This document shows positions 13,140 through 27,833 of a DNA stretch of 64,000 bases, piece after piece (positions within the stretch are counted from its first letter, which is position 1; the number at the start of each line of letters is the position of its first letter). The translations under genes were made by a program, and so were the position numbers. The stretch lies in the NCBI GenBank assembly GCA_951406725.2, contig OX597820.1, positions 54,374,001-54,438,000 of the forward strand, read 5' to 3'. This stretch comes from Octopus vulgaris. Lineage: Eukaryota. The notes under the pieces are model-generated. The model worked only from the letters and a program-made list of their open reading frames with translations, was not told the DNA's origin and did not search any database.

Positions 13140-14340
13140 AAAGTTCATATGGAGTAACGGAGAAATGGTTCTATCCAACAGAACACAGGACGGTAGCACT
13201 GAGTAACCAGTCAAAACGGTGTACAGATACATGATTCTATCCAACAGTACACAGAGTAGTTGTAATATCTAGCTATGAGGGAGGCGGTGAGCTGGCAGAA
13301 ACGTTAGCACGACGGGCGAAATGCTTAGCGGTATTTCATCTGCCGTTATGTTCTGAGTTCAAATTCTGCCGAGGTAGACTTTGCCTTTCATCTTTTCGGG
13401 GTCGATTAAATAAGTACCAGTTACGCACTGGGTTCGATATAATCGACTTAATCCGTTTGTCTGTCCTTGTTTGTCCTCTCTGTGTTTAGCCCCTTGTGGG
13501 TAGTAAAGAAATAGATGTTTCGTCTGCCGCTACGTTCTGAGTTCAAATTCCGCAGAGATCGACTTTGCCTTTCATCCTTTCGGAGTCGATAAATTAAGTA
13601 CCAGTTATGCACTGGGGTCGATGTAATCGACTTAATCCCTTTGTCCGTCCTTGTTTGCCCCCTCTCTGTTTAGCCCCTTGTGGGCAACAAAGAAATAAAT
13701 ATCTAGCTAAGGGGAAGACGGCGAGCTGGTAGAACCGTTAGCAAGCCGGACAAAATGCTTAGCGGCATTTCTTCTGGTCTTATACACTGAGTTTAAATTC
13801 CGCTGAAGTCGTTTCTACTTTTCATCCTTTCGTGATCGACAAAGTAAGTACCATTTGAGCACTAGGGTCAATTAGCCAGCTCCCTCAAATTTTTAGGCTT
13901 TATGCCTATAGCAGAAAAACAGAAAAATATATTTAGCTACGAGTTACAGTCGGAGTACTCATAAAGGGTTCTAGTCATTTAGCTTTGAGTGAGATATTAA
14001 TCCAGATGGGGTACAGATATGTGACTCTCTTCAACAAACCACAAAGCTGAAGTAACATTTAGCAAATTTATGAGTAACTAGTTCAGATAGACTGCTGATA
14101 TTTAGCTCTAACCAAAAGAACACAGAGTAGTTGTATAATTTCTAGCTATGGGTAACAGTTAGAATACTCAGACGGTTCTAGTCATTTAGCAATGTGTGAG
14201 TAACTAGTTCAGATGGAGTACTGATATGTGACTCTATTTAACAGACCACAGACGTGTAGTAACATTTACCAATGTATGAGTAACTAGTTCAGAAGAGATA
14301 CTGAGGATCTATTCAATAAAACACACAGTAGTTGTGTGAA
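13140..14340 (+). repeat. Degenerate tandem repeat interrupted by two SINEs
   Basis: Recurring GAGTAACTAGTTCAGA, GGTTCTAGTCATTTAGC and ACACAGAGTAGTTGT motifs. Confidence 0.6.
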
Positions 14341-15145
14341 TATCTTTTCAGGACAAATTTCAACATTTTCTGAAAACTAACCCAAACTATAAATACCAAC
14401 TTGTTTGAATGAACCAAAATAGACTTTTATTTTATTTTATTTATTTCCTTTATTTATGTATTTATCATTTTGCACTCTTTCGTTTTGGTATTTTGTCGTA
14501 TTTTTTTTATCTAGTTGTTGTAGCATTTAAGGCTATTTTGTTATATTTAATTTTCGTTCACCAAGACGTCAGACGCCTCAGTACAGGCTTTATCTGTAAT
14601 TGTAATTTAGTTTAGCGGCGAGTTATACAGAAAGATTATTACACGTCTTTGGTTCTCCATTCATCCATCTATCATCTCTTGGATCAGGGCGGTTTTCTCC
14701 AACACACATTATATCAACTCAGGCATATTTCAGGATTCGGTTGTGACTCCCTTTCGAATGGCTACTTTAGGATATTACAATGAAGAAATTTTACAAAAAA
14801 AAACTTCCTTTTCGGGAACAGCTTACCAAAGCCATAATATACGAACAAAATAATCGTGCTGCTTATCTGAATAAATTAAACTGTTCCAGCAAGATTAAAA
14901 TTTCGTTTTGGCTTTAGCAGTCTCCATGTCAGATTATTTAGAGAAAATCATAATATAAAGAATCCCTAGCAGTGTGGTTAGGAAGTTCGTTTCGCAACTA
15001 AATGGTATCGGGTCCAATCTCAGCGCAACACGTTGGACAAGTGTCCTCTGTCATAACTTCAGATTGCTCAATACCGTGTGAGACCTTAGACATACTTTGG
15101 TAAATATCAAAAACATGCATACATATATACACAAATACATACAAC

Positions 15146-15235
<90 letters not shown>

Positions 15236-15292
15236 CAGATAGATAGATAGAGAGAGAGAGAGACAGACAGACTGACAGACAGACAGACAGAC

Positions 15293-15367
<75 letters not shown>

Positions 15368-15488
15368 CAGACAAACAGACAGACATATATACATGCATGC
15401 ATGCATACATACATACATACATACATACATACATACATACATACATACATACATACATACATACATACATACATACATACATACATAC
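15146..15488. repeat. Compound (GATA)n/(GACA)n/(CATA)n microsatellite, representative of the many SSRs in the window
   Basis: Directly visible. Other large tracts include 507-643, 1280-1358, 6890-7297, 11105-11510, 11830-12240, 30901-31103, 37382-37510, 42405-42830, 53885-54013, 60765-60905. Confidence 0.97.
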
Positions 15489-16495
15489 GTACATTCGAGC
15501 GAGTGCTGACAATTTCTTGGCTTTGGCTGAAAGAAAATACAGAAGGATCAGTTAATTATGATTTTATTGAACATACTGCCGTCGCAGATTCACACACATT
15601 GCAGCAGTCCTTCAGTTTTTCTAAACCCTATAAAAGAACTCGGAAGACTGGACCTCCAGCCAGGCTTTCACGATACCCTTATGGCCAGGAACGTCCCAGC
15701 AGTCCCTCGTATGTATGCATGTATGTATGTATGTATGTATGTATGTATGTATGTATGTATGTATGTATGTATGTATGTATGTATGTATGTATGTATGTAT
15801 GTATGTATGTATGTATGTATGTATGTATGTATGTATTCGACTTGCACCAATGTATGTCTTAGGCCTTACGGTATATGCTTCGACCCTTTGCGTCCTGAGT
15901 TCAGATCCCACTAAGGCCTACTTAATATATGGTAGGTTTCATCCTTCACCTCTGCTACAAGTCAACTTCAAAGTCATTAGAGAAATCCACTCCGTTGCAA
16001 GCATTTGGACCAATTCACTTCAGTGCAGGATACATTGCCCACTCCCTCCTCCCACCAGCCAATGGAGATCCTCTAAAGTGTCATAGGCAATGCCTTCCTT
16101 CCTGACTCAAAGATAAAAATAAAATGGTCGATGAATATTAGCTAAGAATATAAACATCTGTTAGAAACCGGAAAAACTGGTGTCACTCCTTTGTCACTCT
16201 CGTAGGCAGAAATGCAGTGAATGAATGATAGGTGCGTTGAAAAAAAACTATAATCAACGACGTTATTGTTCACAAATTACATTATAACTGTATATATTAG
16301 TAGCAGTTTCAGAAGGATAGCACAAATTAAGCCTCACAGTATTGTGAAAAATTGTTGGAGACATTACTGAAAGAATTTTGAAGTTCATTAAACGTGCGCG
16401 CGCATATACACACATACACAAACACATTTCAAATTCACGAGTATTCCATTATATTGCATTATTTACGTATTTGTTCCACAAAAATTTCTAACAAC

Positions 16496-16528
<33 letters not shown>

Positions 16529-16692
16529 TGTATGTATGTATGTATGTATGTATGTATGTATGTATGTATGTATGTATGTATGTATGTGTGTAAGTATGTA
16601 AGTATGTATGTATGTATGTATGTATGTATGTATGTATGTACGTATGTATGTATGTATGTTTGTATGCATGTCTGTATGTATAAATTCCTTAA

Positions 16693-16986
16693 GCACCGAC
16701 AACAGGTATGGCAAATAGTAGAAGCTGCATAGAAACCACCATATACCGTCATCAGCTGTTGACTGAGAGTCAAGGCAATTGGAACGCATTGCTAAGCAGA
16801 ATTGCACACATTCCTCAACTATACAAAATTAAACGAAAAATTACGCCTTATGGCTAAGTTGCAAAGGATATTATACAGTGCGTTCATTCGACCAGAAGAG
16901 TCGAAATTGCCATGACATTCGATCGGCAGCTGATAAAAGATTGTGGTGACTTTGCATTTTTTGCGTGTTTAACCTGTTGTCGATGC
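16693..16986. mobile_element. MITE-like fold-back element with TTAA-like flanks
   Basis: TTAA|GCACCGACAACAGG ... CCTGTTGTCGATGC|TTTA, plus internal inverted symmetry (ATCAGCTG...GGCAATT). Confidence 0.6.
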
Positions 16987-17399
16987 TTTATTTTTTTTGT
17001 TTCATGGGTACGCCACGCAAAAAAGTATGTATTCCACATTTATTTACACAAACACACACGTACACAGATGCAGCCACACACACACATGCATGTTTGTGTG
17101 TGTATGTGTGTGTGTGTGTGTGTGTGTAACATGGATGGCTTGGCAATTTAACAACCTAAAGGTAAAATTATAGATGTCATTAAAGTGACAGCGGGTAATA
17201 AGTAGTAGCAGCATTGCTAGAAATAAGAGTTAAAAGAACTATATATATATATATATATATATAATTAAGGGTATCTAAAAAGATACCATCGTGCTAGATA
17301 TAGCAGTCAAAACTTGACTCTAAAACCAGATCAATTATACATACAGCACCAGGAGAGAAGGCAAAGCGACTAAATAAACAAGCAAAAAATTATTGGATA

Positions 17400-17457
17400 A
17401 TTCCAGATCCCGGATTTCTGGCTTTGCATAAGAAATGCTTTGCCTCATCAGTGGAAT
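17400..17457 (-). ncRNA. Type I hammerhead ribozyme-like motif
   Basis: AUUCCA-CUGAUGA-GGC...GCC-A-GAAA-UC(CGG)GA-UC-UGGAAU; perfect 6-bp stem I; one extra A before GAAA. Confidence 0.7.
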
Positions 17458-17481
17458 ATAGTCAAAATGGTACATAAATAC

Positions 17482-17540
<59 letters not shown>

Positions 17541-17646
17541 ACATACGAATAATTACATATACACATATATATGCATGTATGCACACAACCAGTTTAAATT
17601 GCGTGTCTAAACGTGCTATAATGACGAAGTAAATATATAAATTTGT

Positions 17647-17799
17647 ATAAATAAGGATAAGATTATTATTTAAAATACCGATCATATCAAGTGGGTAGCA
17701 TGGAAATAAAAACCTAATTTTAATAACAATTATTACCCATGAGGTTTTTATTCCCATGCTAGCTATTGATATAATCGGTATTTTAAATAACGATCTTAT

Positions 17800-17808
<9 letters not shown>
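17647..17808. repeat. Inverted repeat (~70-bp arms) abutting (TA)n
   Basis: ATAAGGATAAGAT...GCATGGAAATAAAAACCT / AGGTTTTTATTCCCATGC...ATCTTATCCTTAT. Confidence 0.8.
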
Positions 17809-17860
<52 letters not shown>

Positions 17861-17886
17861 TGTATGTATGTATGTATGTATGTATG

Positions 17887-18680
<794 letters not shown>

Positions 18681-18682
18681 AA

Positions 18683-19110
18683 GTCGATCATCCTGGTGGT
18701 TTACTGTCTGTTCGATGTCAAACTCTTTTCATCAGTGACCACCAGGTTGGGCAGCGTGCCTTCAGGAATCTGACGCAAGATAAGGAGACTTCTCTTCAGT
18801 CTCAAGGTCTTATAATTTTGCGTGAGCTCATGACAGCGGATCGTTTTGGAAAGGTGAGTCCGCAGATGCTCCTTCAGCACTCCATACATCGATCTTTCGC
18901 CTATTTTTACTGTAGCAGCTAGTTTTCTGACTGAACAATGAGTATTTCCCCGTATCTTTTCTGTGGTACTCTTGATAAACTGGGGGGTCCGCACATTTCT
19001 TTTCTGGTCACGTCCAGGTCGATCAGTAGTGGAACCAGTCTCTTGAAATTCCTTGACAATTTTCCACACTGTTGTTTGGTTAATTTTAAGCTATTTTGCT
19101 GTAGCTGTAT
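18683..19110 (-). mobile_element. Tc1/mariner transposase N-terminal relic
   Basis: WKIVKEFQETGSTTDRPGR, SVRKLAA, LVVTDEK (HTH region and first catalytic D). Confidence 0.75.
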
Positions 19111-20012
19111 TACATTCGCCTCCTTTGTGGAGGGTTATGATTGTATTTCGGTCTATAGCCATTATATGTTCTATAAATCTCAATTTATTTAGTCTGAAAC
19201 CAAAAGAAGGCACACTAAGCTTTTATAATTATGTATAATTTTCATATCTTATCACATTTATTGAATGTATGTACGAACGTACGTACATATGTACGTATTC
19301 AAATATATATGCAAGTATAAATGTGGTTTGTGGGTATGTATACGTTTGTAGTACATTTGTGTGGTAATTTGTCAGCATATGTGCTGCTTATAAGTATTAA
19401 TCTATTTGTATGTACGTGTGTGTGTAAGTACGTGTATGAATCTGTATACTTTTGTGTTTGGTTTAATGTGTGATACACGTCACAGATTTCGGTAAACTCC
19501 CAGTTGATACTATCTTTTTCTTTCCACTGTCAGAATTGTTTGGATAAATAAACAGAAGAAATTTAATAGAAGAAACGATTGTTTGTAAACAACGACAACA
19601 CCTCTATTATTTGACTTAACACCACAGTCAGAACACGTGATTCACACCCTAAACTCTAACTATACGCAGAAGAACCAAAAACAGACGCGCACTCAGCGAT
19701 ATATATACATACGCTCGTTTTATTTGGCAGAAAGATCAGAGCGTCGAGAAAATGCTTTGCGGTAATTCGTCCAGATCTTTATGTTTCACGTTCAAATCCC
19801 GCCAGGAACTAGGCCTAATGATATCGACCAAGTCTATTCCCTCTTTACGTTCTAACGACATCGATTTTACCTTTTACTCTCACGGGGTGAAATGAGTTCC
19901 ATTTGAGCACTGAAGTCATTGTAATCGACTACCTCCCTGCACTGCAAAATCTCAGGCCTTGTGCCTATAGTAGAAAGAATTATTATTGTTGTTGTTATTA
20001 TTATTATTATTA

Positions 20013-22100
20013 TTCAGTAGTTTTATTTTAATTTTTATAGCGTGCTTTCACTTCACTACCGAGCGCAGCTCTGTGTGCCTTGGGTATGTGCTGTGATTTG
20101 TTGTGATGCTCTGATGGTTATTGTATGGAAAGTGTTCTGCGTAGGATGTGTGCAGTGCCTAGTAGTGCAATTTTCTGTATGTTATATGTGTTTGTAAGTC
20201 CTGGTGTTTTTGTTATGTATTTGTCTGAATATTTTTTTATCATGCCTAATGCACCTACTATGATAGGAATTGTTTCTGTTTTCAGATTCCACATTCTAGT
20301 TACCTCTATTTCCAGGTCTTTGTATTTTGAGAGTTTCTCCATTTCTTTTAGAGACACGTTGTCATCTGCCGGTACTGATACATCAATTAGAAAGCATTTT
20401 TTTTCTTCATGGTCTCTGACAACTATATCTGGTCTGTTGGCCTTAATTTCTCTATCTGTGTGTATCGGCATATCCCAGAGTATGGTTGCTTTCTCGTTTT
20501 CTGTGACCTTTTCTGGTGTGTGCCTATACCATCTTTTTTCTGTTGCTATTCCATAATGTTGGCATAGCTTCCAATGTATGTAAGTTCCAACTCTGTCATG
20601 TCTGTGAATATATTCCTTCTTAGCCAGGACTGGGCAGCTAGAGATAATATGATTTATTGTTTCTTGTCCATCTCCACATATTCTGCAGTTACTTGTAATA
20701 TTTCTTTTCATTACATGTTTTTGGTAATTTCTGGTGGGGAGGCTTTGGTCTTGTGCTGCAATTAAAAATCCCTCTGTTTCTGCTTTGAGTCCTGAGCTTC
20801 TCAACCATTGCTGGGATTTTTCTTTGTCTATTTCTTTTGCGTTTAGTTTAGTCCAGTATTTACCATGAAGGGGCTTTTCTTGCCATCGTTTTATCATGGT
20901 TCGTTGCTGTTCTATTTTTAGTTTGGATTTCATTTTTTTTATAGCTTTTGTTGTTTCTTCATCATCTTCTTCTTCTTCTTCATGTTTATTAGGTGGTATG
21001 ATTTCTTGTTTGTATTTGTCAGCTTCCTTAAATACTGAGAACAGTTTTTTGTTTTGCTCGTGTTTTGCCGCTATCCGGATCAGTTTTCCTTCCTTCTGAA
21101 GTAGATATTTTTGCAGTCCTATGGTGGTTATTTTATAGTAGTTTTCCAGCTGCATAAGGCCTCTACCACCTTCTATACGTTGTATATATAGTCTTTCTAT
21201 GTCAGATTTTGGCTGATGCATCCTAGATCCTGTCATTATTTTTCTTGTTTTCCTGTCTATTTTGGTCAGTTCATTTCGTGCCCAGTTAAGGATATTGTAG
21301 CTGTAACTTATAACTGGGACAGCTAAAGTGTTGATACCTATTATCTTGTTTTTAGCATTGAGCTCTGTGTTTAGTATTGATCTAACTCGTCTATAATATT
21401 CTTTTTATTTTCTCTTTCATTTGTGTGTGTTGTGTCTTATCTAGTTCATGGATTCCTAAGTATTTGTAAGTTTGGCTTTGGTCTAATTCTTTTATTTCGT
21501 TTGCTTCATCTCGTGTGATGTTGTTACTCTTAACTAGTTTTCCTCTTTTCATGGTTACTTTGGCGCATTTTTCTAATCCAAATTTCATATCTATTTCTTT
21601 GGTAAATCCATGAACTGTCTTTAATAGTGTTTCCAGCTGTTTGTCATTTGCAGCGTATAGTTTTATGGTCATCCATATATAAAAGGTGGCTGATCGTTTT
21701 GCCGTAACATTTATATCCGCATCCAGTTCTATTTAGCATATCAGATAGAGGTGACAGTGCCAAGCAGAAAAGGAGTGGAGAGAGCGTATCTCCCTGGAAT
21801 ATTCCTCTTCTGATGGGGATGTCTTTGGTTTTCATGAGTCCCTCTTTTGTTTGGAGGTGTAGGACTGTTTGCCATTTATTCATAGAGTGCTCTATGAATT
21901 TTATGATTGTTGGTGCTACTTTGTTAATGGCTAGTGTTTCGCGGATCCATGTGTGGGGGATGCTATCAAACGCCTTTTTGTAGTCAATCCAGGCCATACT
22001 GAGGCCTTTCTTCTTTCTGTGGCTGTCTTCAGTTATGGCTTTATTAATCATTAGTTGATCTTTACAGCCATATGAGCCTTTGCGGCATCCTTTCTGCTCT
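20013..22100 (-). mobile_element. 5'-truncated R4/Dong-clade LINE (RT + CCHC + restriction-like endonuclease), frameshifted
   Basis: [30 protein letters not shown]; CRICG...HIISSC; RHD, RPDIV, IDVS, KLSKY; flanked on both sides by (TTA)n, the known Dong target. Confidence 0.9.
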
Positions 22101-22127
22101 TATTATTCTGCTCTTATTATTCTGCTC

Positions 22128-22179
<52 letters not shown>

Positions 22180-22414
22180 CATTAAGGCGGTGAACTGGCA
22201 AAATCGTTAGCGCGGTGGAAGAAATGTCTAGCAGTATATCGCCCGTCGCTACGTTCTGAGCTCAAATTCAGCCGAGGTCGACTTTGTCTTTCATCCTTTC
22301 AGGGGCGATAGCTTAAATACCAGTGAAACACTGGGGTCGATGTAATCCACTTAATCCCTTCCCCTAAATTTCAGTCCTTATGCTTATTGTAGAAAGGATT
22401 GTTATTGTTATTAT

Positions 22415-22707
22415 TGAGTGAGAGAGCAATGCATTCCATCAAAGTGACACTGGGGTAAAATATGTCTGATAAGGGTACACCAGGCGCAGCATGGTGACCT
22501 CATATCAACATAAACAGCGCATGACCTTGCAGATGGGACCCAGTTAGAATTTTATTCAAGTTGAGTAGCCCATCTTGCTCAAAAGGTTCCTGAATAAGGG
22601 TTGTTTGAAGATGTTGAACGAAACACTCATGTTTCCAGAGGGGAATTATTCAAACCCCTAAGAATTCCTCTCGACACATGTCTATGATGCTCCCCTACTA
22701 CTGCTCA
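22415..22707. repeat. Unclassified (TTA)n-embedded repeat; overlaps a copy at 44670-44950
   Basis: Shared ~115 bp CCTGAATAAGGGTTGTTT...ATGATGCTCCCC.ACTACT. Confidence 0.7.
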
Positions 22708-22722
22708 TTATTATTATTATTA

Positions 22723-22775
<53 letters not shown>

Positions 22776-22789
22776 TCGTTCTTTCTCCA

Positions 22790-23168
22790 AATGTTCTTCT
22801 GTTTCTCGCCGAGTGTATGCATTCCCAGATTACATACGCAAATTCACAGGTAAAATATGTATTTAAAAAATTAATAAAGTCATGAATGGATGTTGTTTTC
22901 ACAGCGATAATGCTCTTCTCAGTACATGAGTCGTTCCAGTTAACACGATTTTCTACACTTCCTGTAGGGATGGTAAGCCTGGTATCATTTTCAAATAGTT
23001 TTCAGTACCTTTTTTATCATTCCTAGAGATCCTACAATCACTTGTACTATAGTCGCCTTGAGATGCCACATTTTTTCAATTTCTATTAGCAAATCTTTAT
23101 ATTTACTGATCTTGTCAAATTCTTTCGCCGCTATATTGTGATCGCAAGGAATGATCATGTCAATTAAT
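22790..23168 (-). mobile_element. R4/Dong-type LINE 3' fragment (RLE C-terminus)
   Basis: Minus strand translates DMIIPCDHNIAAKEFDKISKYKDLLIEIEKMWHLKATIVQVIVGSLGMIKK; lies between (TTA)n tracts. Confidence 0.75.
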
Positions 23169-23206
23169 AATTGATATTAATTTATTAATTAACATCATCA
23201 TCATCA

Positions 23207-23264
<58 letters not shown>

Positions 23265-24443
23265 CGTCCGTCTTCACGTTCTAAGTTCAAATTCCTCCGA
23301 GGTCGACTTTGCCCCTTATCTTTTCAGAACAAATGAAATAAGTACCAGTTGAGTTCTGGGGTCGATGCAATCGACTGGTTCCTTCCCAAAAACTTGAGGC
23401 CTTGTGCCTATAGTACAAAGGATTTTTATTATCATTGGCGACTTTGCCTTTCATCCTTTCATGGTCGATAAATTAAAAACCAGTGAAAAACTTGAGTCGA
23501 TATAATCGACTAATCCTCTCCCCACCAAATTTGAGGCCTTGTGCTTCCAGTAGAAAGAATTACTATTACTATTACTATTATTATAAGGCGGTGAGTTGGC
23601 AGAATCGTCAGCACGACGGGCGAAATCAAATTTGCCTTTCATCCAATCGAGGTCGATAAAATAAGTACCAGCGAAACACTGGGATCGATATAATCGACTT
23701 GTCCCCTCCCTACAAATTTCAGGCCTTGTGCCTATAGCAGAAAGAATTATAATTATTATCACCATCATCATCGTCATAGTCATTATTATCGTCGTCGTCA
23801 TAATCAAAACAACGTGCTGGCAGAATTGTTAGTACGTTGAACATTTTTTTCTTTCCAGGCTCTTTGCGTTCTGAGTTCGAATCCTGCCGAAAACAACTTT
23901 TCCTTTTATCCTTTCAGGATAAAATAATGTACTTCCTGGGGTAATGGCTTTTCAAGAAATGCCGAAGGAAAACAAACATAGAGACAAACAGGGTGGGGAC
24001 AAGTCGATTATATCGATCCCAGTGTTTAGCTGGTACTTGTTTTATCGACCTCTATCTGATGAAAGGCAAATTTGATTTTGGCGGAAATTAAACTTAGAAC
24101 GTAAAGACGGACGAAATGCCTATTTCTTTACTACCCACAAGGGGCTAAAAACAGAGAGGACAAACAAGGACAGACAAACGGATTAAGTCGATTATATCGA
24201 CCCCAGTGCGTAACTGGTACTTATTTAATCGACCCCGAAAGGATGAAAGGCAAAGTCGACCTCGGCGGAATTTGAACCCAGAACCTAACGGCAGACGAAA
24301 TACCACTAAGCATTTCGCCCGGCGTGCTGCTGATTCTGCCAGCTTGCCGCCTTATAATAATAGTAATAGTAATAATAACCCTTTCTACTGGAAGCACAAG
24401 GCCTCAAACACTACCTTGAGTTGATAATATGCTAGTAACTTGA

Positions 24444-24860
24444 GGGCGGAGAGCTGGCAGAATCGTTAGCACGTCGGGCGAAATGCTTAGCGGTATTTCG
24501 GCTGCCGTTACGTTCTGAATTCAAATTCCGCCGAGGTCGACTTTGCCTTTCATCCTTTCGGGGTCGTTAAATTAAGTACCAGTTACGCACTGGGGTCGAT
24601 GTAACCGACTTAAGCCCTTTGTCTGTCCTTGTTTGTCCTCTCTGTGTTTAGCCCCTTGTGGGTAGTAAAGAAATAGGTATTTCGGCTACCGTTACGTTCT
24701 GAGTTCAAATTCCGCCGAGGTCGACTTTGCCTTTCATCCTTTCGGGGTCGATAAATTAAGTACCAGTTACGCACTGGGGTCGATGTAACCGACTTAAGCC
24801 CTTTGTCTGTCCTTGTTTGTCCCCTCCGTGTTTAGACACCCTGTAAGCAATAAAGAAATA
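24444..24860 (+). mobile_element. tRNA-headed SINE with MetaSINE-like central domain and duplicated 3' module
   Basis: GCCTTTCATCCTTTCGGGGTCG...AAGTACCAG domain present twice. Family copies at ~13282-13697, 13716-13915, 22186-22400, 23265-23745, 23980-24352(-), 32950-33128(-), 42270-42405, 56050-56260(-), 58896-59128. Confidence 0.85.
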
Positions 24861-25176
24861 AAATCATGCTAGTAATCAGATTAATCGTGGTTTTAAAGTG
24901 ATTCCCGACCGAATGACAGGAAGTGTTGGTAGAGACATATCCGAGAGACACCTTAATTTAGAAATGAATATAAATTCCATTCATATTCATTCATCCTGAA
25001 CGGAAGTTTCAGTGCGTTGTGAGTGAACGATAATTAGAGATTTATATTACGTGTATTAATTGGATAAATACTCGACGCTTATTCATGCAGTATGATTAGA
25101 AAGGGAAACGACCCACGTTTATGCAGCGATCAGGCATATCGTATGTGGATGTGTATACATGAATCTGTGTATTTGT

Positions 25177-25234
<58 letters not shown>

Positions 25235-25527
25235 ACGTGGAATTGTATATGGTTAGACAGACAGACAAGGGATGCAAAATTGGGGTACAATCTTTAAGAT
25301 AGTGGTCATCTATCAGACATCAGGTGGCGTTGGGAGGCCTCTTTGAAATACCTGAGAAAGAATTTAGGGACGTGTCGGCAGGTGGAATCCGGATTCAGTA
25401 CACTTCAACTGTTGGTCGCTTTTATGATATTCCACAACAAAATTTACAAAATCACGCGTGTGTGTATATAGATATATATATATAGAGAGAGAGAGAGAAA
25501 GAGAGAGAGAGAGGTAAAGATACATAC

Positions 25528-25601
<74 letters not shown>

Positions 25602-26040
25602 GAAAGAGTTGGTATGTGAAAGCTCGTGGTTCGATGTAAGACAAAACAGATTGAAAAAACTACAGAAGGCTTGTGTTATATGGTTAAAGAATATATTTAA
25701 ATCAATTTGAAAAGAAAATACGAAACCGATTATTTTTCCGAAAACTATGTTACTATACGCAAAATTTTATGACATTTTTCTAACATAACGATTTGAATAT
25801 ATTCTTTAACCATATAACAGAAGCCTTCTCAAGTTTTTTTCACTCCATTTTGTCTTATATATATATATATATATTCTTTTCTTCTTTCATTTGTTTCAGT
25901 CATTTGACCGCCACTATGCTGGAGCACCGCCTTTAATCGAACAAATCGCCCCACAGGACTTATTCTTTGTAAGCCTGGTACTTTTTCCATCGGTCTATTC
26001 TGCCGAACTGCAAAGTTAGGGGGACATGAACACAGACACA

Positions 26041-26121
<81 letters not shown>

Positions 26122-26324
26122 GACGGGCTTCTTTCAGTTTCCGTCTACCAAATGCTCTCACAAGGCTTTGCGCTGCCCGAGGCCATGATAGAAAACACTT
26201 GCCAAGGTGCCACGCATTGGGACTGAACCCGGAGTCATGTGGTTGTTAAGCAAGCTACTTACCACACAGCCATTCCTGCGCCTATATATATATATATATA
26301 TATATGCATGCATACACACACACA

Positions 26325-26392
<68 letters not shown>

Positions 26393-26954
26393 CATGTGTG
26401 TGTGTGTGTGTGCATGTATGTATGTATGTATGTATACACACATGTATATATTGTATAGGTATCCACAAATATAAAAACCTTATATATGTATATATTTGAG
26501 AGAGAGGGGGAGAGACAGAGAGAGAAAGAAATATACAAAGTATAGTACATTTATTATTTGCTTATGTTGTCGTGGTATAAAAAACAAACGTGATCAATAC
26601 AATAACTGTATATGTAGTTCAGCTTAAACTTGCTGACACGGTCCTAATTTGTCCTTGGAACTTCAAAAAGATCATTTCTCTTTGAAAGTTTAGAGACAAA
26701 ATATACATACATACATACAGCTAGATAAACAGATAGGCATATGTGTGTATATATATATCATGTATACATACATGATATATTTATAAACATAGTCGAAGTA
26801 GTGGCTGCGTGGTAAGTAGCTTGCTTACCAAACACTTGGTTCCAGGTTCAGTCGCACTGCTTGGCACCTTGGGCAAGTGTGTTTTACTATAGCAACCAAA
26901 GCCTTGTGAGTGGATTTGGTAGACAGAAACTGAAAGATGCCCGTCGTATATATG

Positions 26955-27018
<64 letters not shown>

Positions 27019-27021
<3 letters not shown>

Positions 27022-27322
27022 GGTGATTGAAAAGTAACTCCTTATTTTAAAGTACTTGTAATTTATTTATTAACTACAAATTTTAGAAAAAACGAATATG
27101 TAAAGAAAGTGTATAGCATGGAATTTTTTTCAAAATTTAATATAGGCATCGGCATCCCACCATCAGCTTCTGAAGCCGCCTGGGGACCACATCAACTGAT
27201 TTCATCAGGGAGTCTTGTGGAATGGAAGACATAACTTCTCGTATCCGACCTTCATGTTCTTCCAAAGTCATTGGTTTGGTAGACAAGACTTCCCAAAGAA
27301 AACAGTCGCAGGGTGTTAAACC
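27019..27322 (-). mobile_element. Tc1/mariner-superfamily transposon end with transposase C-terminal relic
   Basis: TA|CAGGGTGATTGAAAAGT terminus after a TA tract; minus strand reads LTPCDCFLWE (SPDLTPCDFFLW-like). Confidence 0.65.
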
Positions 27323-27489
27323 TAGAAGGTTACCCTCCTAGGCACAAGTCTGAGCAAGGTTGTTCATGGAAGACCAGCAGTCGCCCATGCATACCAGCCT
27401 CCCCTCTCCACGCCATTGACGTTATCCAAGAGAGAGGCAAAGGCCGATACAGCTTGGCACCAGTGACGTCGTAGCTCATTTATTAACCT

Positions 27490-27787
27490 ACAAGTGGCTG
27501 AGCACTCCACAGACACGTGTACCCTTAACGTAGTTCTCGGGGAGATTCAGCGTGACACAGAGTGTGACAAGGCTGGCCTTGAAATACAGGCACAACAGGA
27601 AGAGGAAGAAAGAGTGAATGTTGTGGTGAAAGAGCACAGCAGGGTTCACCACCACCCCTTGCCGGAGCCACGTGGAGCTTTAGGTCTTTTCGCTCAATAA
27701 ACACTTACAATGCCTGGTCTGGGAATCGAAACCGCGATCCTACGACCGCGAGTCCGCTGCCCTAGCCACTGAGCGATTGCGCTTCCA
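27490..27787 (-). mobile_element. tRNA(Arg)-like SINE; related copies at ~4378-4630(+), 12805-13090(-), 28787-29110(+), 40940-41250(-), 59685-59965(-)
   Basis: Reverse-complement match to the 58183 head and body. Confidence 0.8.
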
Positions 27788-27788
27788 C

Positions 27789-27833
<45 letters not shown>

